DNA of 64,000 nucleotides from a virus (Duplodnaviria; Caudoviricetes): IMG/VR virus record IMGVR_UViG_2751185671_000004, positions 32,001 to 96,000 of that record; one strand, 5' to 3'. Shown piece by piece: positions 60,725 to 64,000 of this stretch (position 1 is its first letter; each line of letters starts with the position of its first letter). The notes under the pieces were generated by a model. It saw only the letters and a program-made list of their open reading frames with translations, ran no database searches and was not told where the DNA came from. The position numbers and the translations under genes were made by a program.

Positions 60725-61870
60725 TTAAATATTAAAACAATAATATCCTCTTTTAGGACTCACGATATAGTCTTCCCATTCCAACGAGTTACTAAATAAT
60801 GATTGCATGCGTGTTGCGCCACCTCTTTGTCCAGGTATTTTAGTTGCAGCTAGAATTTCTTTAGCCGGTAACTCCCAACGTCCTTTTTTGGCTTGCTCAT
60901 ACATATAACGAATCGCCAAAGGACGACGTTCGCCACCAATATACCAATCTGGCTTCCCTTTTATTTTTAAGATACGTCTCGCTGCATCATAGTGCACGGG
61001 GAGATAAGAGGCGTCTGATGTAACATAATCAAGTTTAAGGGTAGGTTGCGCGTGATTAACCTGACGTAGTGCCTGACTATCCACCGACACCTGGTGAGAG
61101 TTACCTGTCAACAATTGATAACGATAGGGCTTAGGGTATTGTATTTTTCCTACGTCGCTGATATTGAGAAGATAACGGGCAAAAAATACCGTATTCATTT
61201 TACGTGTATATAGCGTACTGGCCGTCACATCCGTTATCCCTGTTCTAGGATCGTAGACGATACTGACGGCTTGCGACCATGATTTAGAAAGTAATGCCGT
61301 GCGCCTATCAATGGGATAGTCATTGGCTTTGGGTAAGCGATTAAGGTACACAAGAATTTTAAAATTATAAGAATACTCTGAGAGTAAGCGCTTGACGACT
61401 TTTATATCAATATCCTCTTCAGCGTATCTCAGCATGCCCGCTAAACTGCGTTTATAGTGTACGAGCGGATTCTGACCTTCGTTGAGAGTCAACAGTGGCG
61501 GCAACTGAAATACCGTGGTATTCGGGTCAGAAAGGTGATCCTCTGCTAATAATACAGCGACGACTTCATGAAATAGCTGTTGATGGTGGACATAAAGCCA
61601 AAGACTTTGCTCATGTTCGTTGTGGATAGAATAAAATGTCTGCCGTTCTCCGTAAGACATCGCAGAATTTACTGAGGAAAGATCAAAGCGTTTAATGTTT
61701 TGAGCCACTAAAAAAATCGAGTCAGCCCACATATTCGCGGGATTCACACCGCCTTGAGTATCATGAGAAGCGGCTATTTTAGAATGGATAAGTGAATGAT
61801 AAGTATCGGTGTTAACAGCATGTAACAAACGCGTACACGGATCAAGAGACATAGGCATACTATCGTCCAT
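60725..61870 (-). CDS. Hypothetical protein with a C-terminal winged-helix-like domain, possible regulator
   Basis: 381 aa; C-terminus 'AIRYMYEQ...LPAKEILAAT...MQSLF...WEDYIVSPKRGYY'. Confidence 0.55.
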   Translation of the reverse strand: MDDSMPMSLDPCTRLLHAVNTDTYHSLIHSKIAASHDTQGGVNPANMWADSIFLVAQNIKRFDLSSVNSAMSYGERQTFYSIHNEHEQSLWLYVHHQQLFHEVVAVLLAEDHLSDPNTTVFQLPPLLTLNEGQNPLVHYKRSLAGMLRYAEEDIDIKVVKRLLSEYSYNFKILVYLNRLPKANDYPIDRRTALLSKSWSQAVSIVYDPRTGITDVTASTLYTRKMNTVFFARYLLNISDVGKIQYPKPYRYQLLTGNSHQVSVDSQALRQVNHAQPTLKLDYVTSDASYLPVHYDAARRILKIKGKPDWYIGGERRPLAIRYMYEQAKKGRWELPAKEILAATKIPGQRGGATRMQSLFSNSLEWEDYIVSPKRGYYCFNI

Positions 61871-62120
61871 GGTAAAAAAACGAATCTAATAAAGCGTAAA
61901 AATTTAAAAACCAACTACTGAAAAGCTACCACGACGTGATATCAGCATGATGCAAACAAAAAATAAATAATAAGAATCAAAACCAAATCGCTTTTATTTC
62001 ACTTGTTAAGTGTATTTCTTATTAAAAATAGAAAAATAAAAGCTTTAAAAAACCTCCTTAAAATTACTTTCTCTTACCAGCAGTTATATATTCTTATAAT
62101 GCAATACAGAGAGTTACTAA

Positions 62121-62357
62121 TTGTCTTATCGCATCCCCCCTCATTTATTTCCTACAATAAGAACATCGGTTAATAACAAAGGTTCCTCACGCGTGACAAA
62201 CAACAAGCGATTACCTCACGACATGACTGCCGAAGAGCGGATAAAAGAAATTGCTGAAATACTATCAAATGGATTAATACGTAAACGATTTCAAGCATTA
62301 TATCAAAAAGGCAAGCGGATTCATGCAGAAAAGAAAGCTTTAAGCGCCAAAATATAG
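62121..62357 (+). CDS. Small conserved protein upstream of DUF2924 (start uncertain)
   Basis: 'PHDMTAEERIKEIAEILSNGLIR'. Confidence 0.5.
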   Translation: MSYRIPPHLFPTIRTSVNNKGSSRVTNNKRLPHDMTAEERIKEIAEILSNGLIRKRFQALYQKGKRIHAEKKALSAKI

Positions 62358-62374
62358 CGAAGACTAACTAACTG

Positions 62375-62405
62375 CTTGCTTCGTCTGCCTACCTGAGCGT
62401 ACATG
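62375..62405 (+). promoter_or_regulatory. Ninth copy of the promoter-like motif, before the DUF2924-recombinase operon
   Basis: CTTGCTT-N17 (ending GAGC)-GTACATG, same spacing as the copies in the 45-49 kb array. Confidence 0.55.
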
Positions 62406-62437
62406 GAAAACCTATTATCAACGCCCAAAGGACAGCC

Positions 62438-62920
62438 ATGCCGATAACAGAAACACCCCCTTCTACACTAACGCAGATTATGCAACTTGAAAGCATGACC
62501 ATGAAAGAACTGTTAGCTATGTGGCAGGAGTTCAACCCAACGCCACCCCCAGTACGCGCACGAAGCTATATTGAACGACGTCTAGCTTATGCATTACAAG
62601 TTAACGCGTTAAGTACCCAAGAGAAAAAAATAGTGGCTAAAAATACACAACGTATTGAAAGCATCAGTAAATCCTATGCACTCAATAAAAGCAAAAATAA
62701 ACAAGGAACTTATATTCCAGTACCGGGCACCATTTTGAAGCGGCTTTACAACGATGTGGAATACGAAGTGATTGTTCTATCAGACGGACAGTTTGAATTT
62801 CAAAAACAGCTCTATAAAAGCTTATCCAAAATTGCGAAAGAGATTACCGGTACACATTGGTCTGGGCCTGCGTTTTTTGGTTTGCGTAAGCCCAACACCC
62901 CATCGAAAAATAAAAAATGA
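62438..62920 (+). CDS. DUF2924 protein
   Basis: 'RLAYALQ', 'PGTILKRLY', 'YKSLSKIAKEITGTHWSGPAFFGL'. Confidence 0.88.
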   Translation: MPITETPPSTLTQIMQLESMTMKELLAMWQEFNPTPPPVRARSYIERRLAYALQVNALSTQEKKIVAKNTQRIESISKSYALNKSKNKQGTYIPVPGTILKRLYNDVEYEVIVLSDGQFEFQKQLYKSLSKIAKEITGTHWSGPAFFGLRKPNTPSKNKK

Positions 62921-62935
62921 GCGAGAGAAAAATAG

Positions 62936-64000
62936 ATGAGCAAACATGTTATACCTAAACGCCGATGTGCTGTCTACACACGAAAATCCCACGAAGAGGG
63001 ACTGGATCAAGATTACAATTCTATTGATGCTCAAAAAGATGCCGGGCACGCGTATATTGCTGCGCACAGAAGTGAAGGCTGGATTTCAGTGAACGATGAC
63101 TATGATGATCCCGCCTATTCTGGTGGGACACTGGAGCGCCCTGCCCTAAAACGCTTAATGAAAGATATTCAAGAAAGTAAAGTTGATACGGTAGTGGTAT
63201 ATAAAATAGATCGCCTGACCAGAAGCCTCCATGACTTTTCGCAGCTAGTGGAGATATTTGAGCGAATGAATGTATCCTTTGTTTCTGTGACACAGGAATT
63301 TAACACGACTAGCTCCATGGGACGCTTAATGTTAAATATCTTATTATCCTTTGCACAATTTGAGCGTGAGGTCACAGCAGAACGTATACGAGATAAAGTG
63401 GCCTCGAGTAAAAGAAAAGGCTTATGGATGGGAGGTATTCCACCGTTCGGCTATGATGTTAAGGATAGGCTATTAGTGGTTAACAACAATGAGGCTAAGA
63501 CAGTCCGTCATATATTTTCTCGCTTTTTAGAGATAGGGTCAGCCACACTGCTTGTAAAAGAATTACGCCTTGACGGGATATCAACAAAATCATGGACAAC
63601 GAAGGATAATAAATATCGCCCTGGGAAGCCTATCGATAAAGGCTTTATTTATAAGCTTTTCCAGAATCGAACATACTTAGGTGAGATTGGGCACAAAGGC
63701 CAATGGTATGAAGGTAAGCATGATGCCATTATCGATAAGACACTCTGGGAAGCCGTCCATAAGAGGCTTGCTGAGAACTATAAGGCAAAAGGCAACACTA
63801 CGCGTGCTAAAGTTCCTTTCTTATTAAAGGGATTGCTATTTGATGCAGAAGGTCGTGCTCTCACCACGTCGTTTGCCAATAGTCGGCACAAAAATGGTAA
63901 ACGCTATCGTTATTACCTCAGTATACGTGATGCGAAAGAAGGCGCTGGCACTTCCGATTTAACCCGGTTTCCGGCCAGTGAAATAGAAGCTGCTGTGACA
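62936..64000 (+). CDS. Large serine recombinase (integrase), truncated by the window end
   Basis: Translates as MSKHVIPKRRCAVYTRKSHEEGLDQDYNSIDAQ..., VYKIDRLTRS, FAQFEREV, GG.PPFGYD; absent from the ORF track because no stop lies in the window. Confidence 0.93.
   Translation, partial: MSKHVIPKRRCAVYTRKSHEEGLDQDYNSIDAQKDAGHAYIAAHRSEGWISVNDDYDDPAYSGGTLERPALKRLMKDIQESKVDTVVVYKIDRLTRSLHDFSQLVEIFERMNVSFVSVTQEFNTTSSMGRLMLNILLSFAQFEREVTAERIRDKVASSKRKGLWMGGIPPFGYDVKDRLLVVNNNEAKTVRHIFSRFLEIGSATLLVKELRLDGISTKSWTTKDNKYRPGKPIDKGFIYKLFQNRTYLGEIGHKGQWYEGKHDAIIDKTLWEAVHKRLAENYKAKGNTTRAKVPFLLKGLLFDAEGRALTTSFANSRHKNGKRYRYYLSIRDAKEGAGTSDLTRFPASEIEAAVT

Larger units (their letters stand above)
21284..64000 (-). 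mobile_element. Prophage with lambda-like head/cos, P2-like contractile tail and serine recombinase; left boundary may extend to ~5200, right end is outside the window
   Basis: Contiguous lysis, tail, baseplate, head, packaging, replication and integration modules in conserved order, similar to Wolbachia WO-type prophages. Confidence 0.93.

Noticed and set aside
1-64000. cas genes or a CRISPR-associated transposon
   Set aside because: No ORF shows Cas1, Cas3, Csy, Cas6f, TniQ or TnsB motifs.

Overview
AT-rich bacterial window, probably a marine gammaproteobacterium (inferred from the type I-F CRISPR repeat and gene families), with three zones. (1) 1-5200 is the end of a defence/genomic island: the C-terminus of a probable Avs4-like NTPase, small membrane/XRE genes, a nucleotidyltransferase pair, and a displaced tRNA/tmRNA 3' fragment marking an att site. 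(2) 5400-21280 is accessory cargo: an orphan type I-F CRISPR array (9 repeats, 8 spacers, leader, no cas genes in the window), a 7TM-Fis-HTH sensor, two alpha/beta hydrolases, a doubled [Cro + two immunity-like genes] unit, and a ~2800-aa Sec-exported FN3/SpvB/RHS toxin with a lipase-like tip and a membrane immunity gene. (3) 21284->64000 is an apparently intact prophage with a lambda-like head and cos site, a P2-like contractile tail, a WO-like replication module (helicase with an intein) and a large serine recombinase running off the right edge. The most striking elements are an array of small genes between cos and the terminase, almost every one behind its own copy of a conserved promoter-like motif that also precedes the integrase operon, a eukaryote-type RING-H2 gene inside the capsid operon, and CRISPR spacers that mostly come from one strand and codon register of a T3-rich target. 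All family assignments come from motif recognition by eye; no database search was run.
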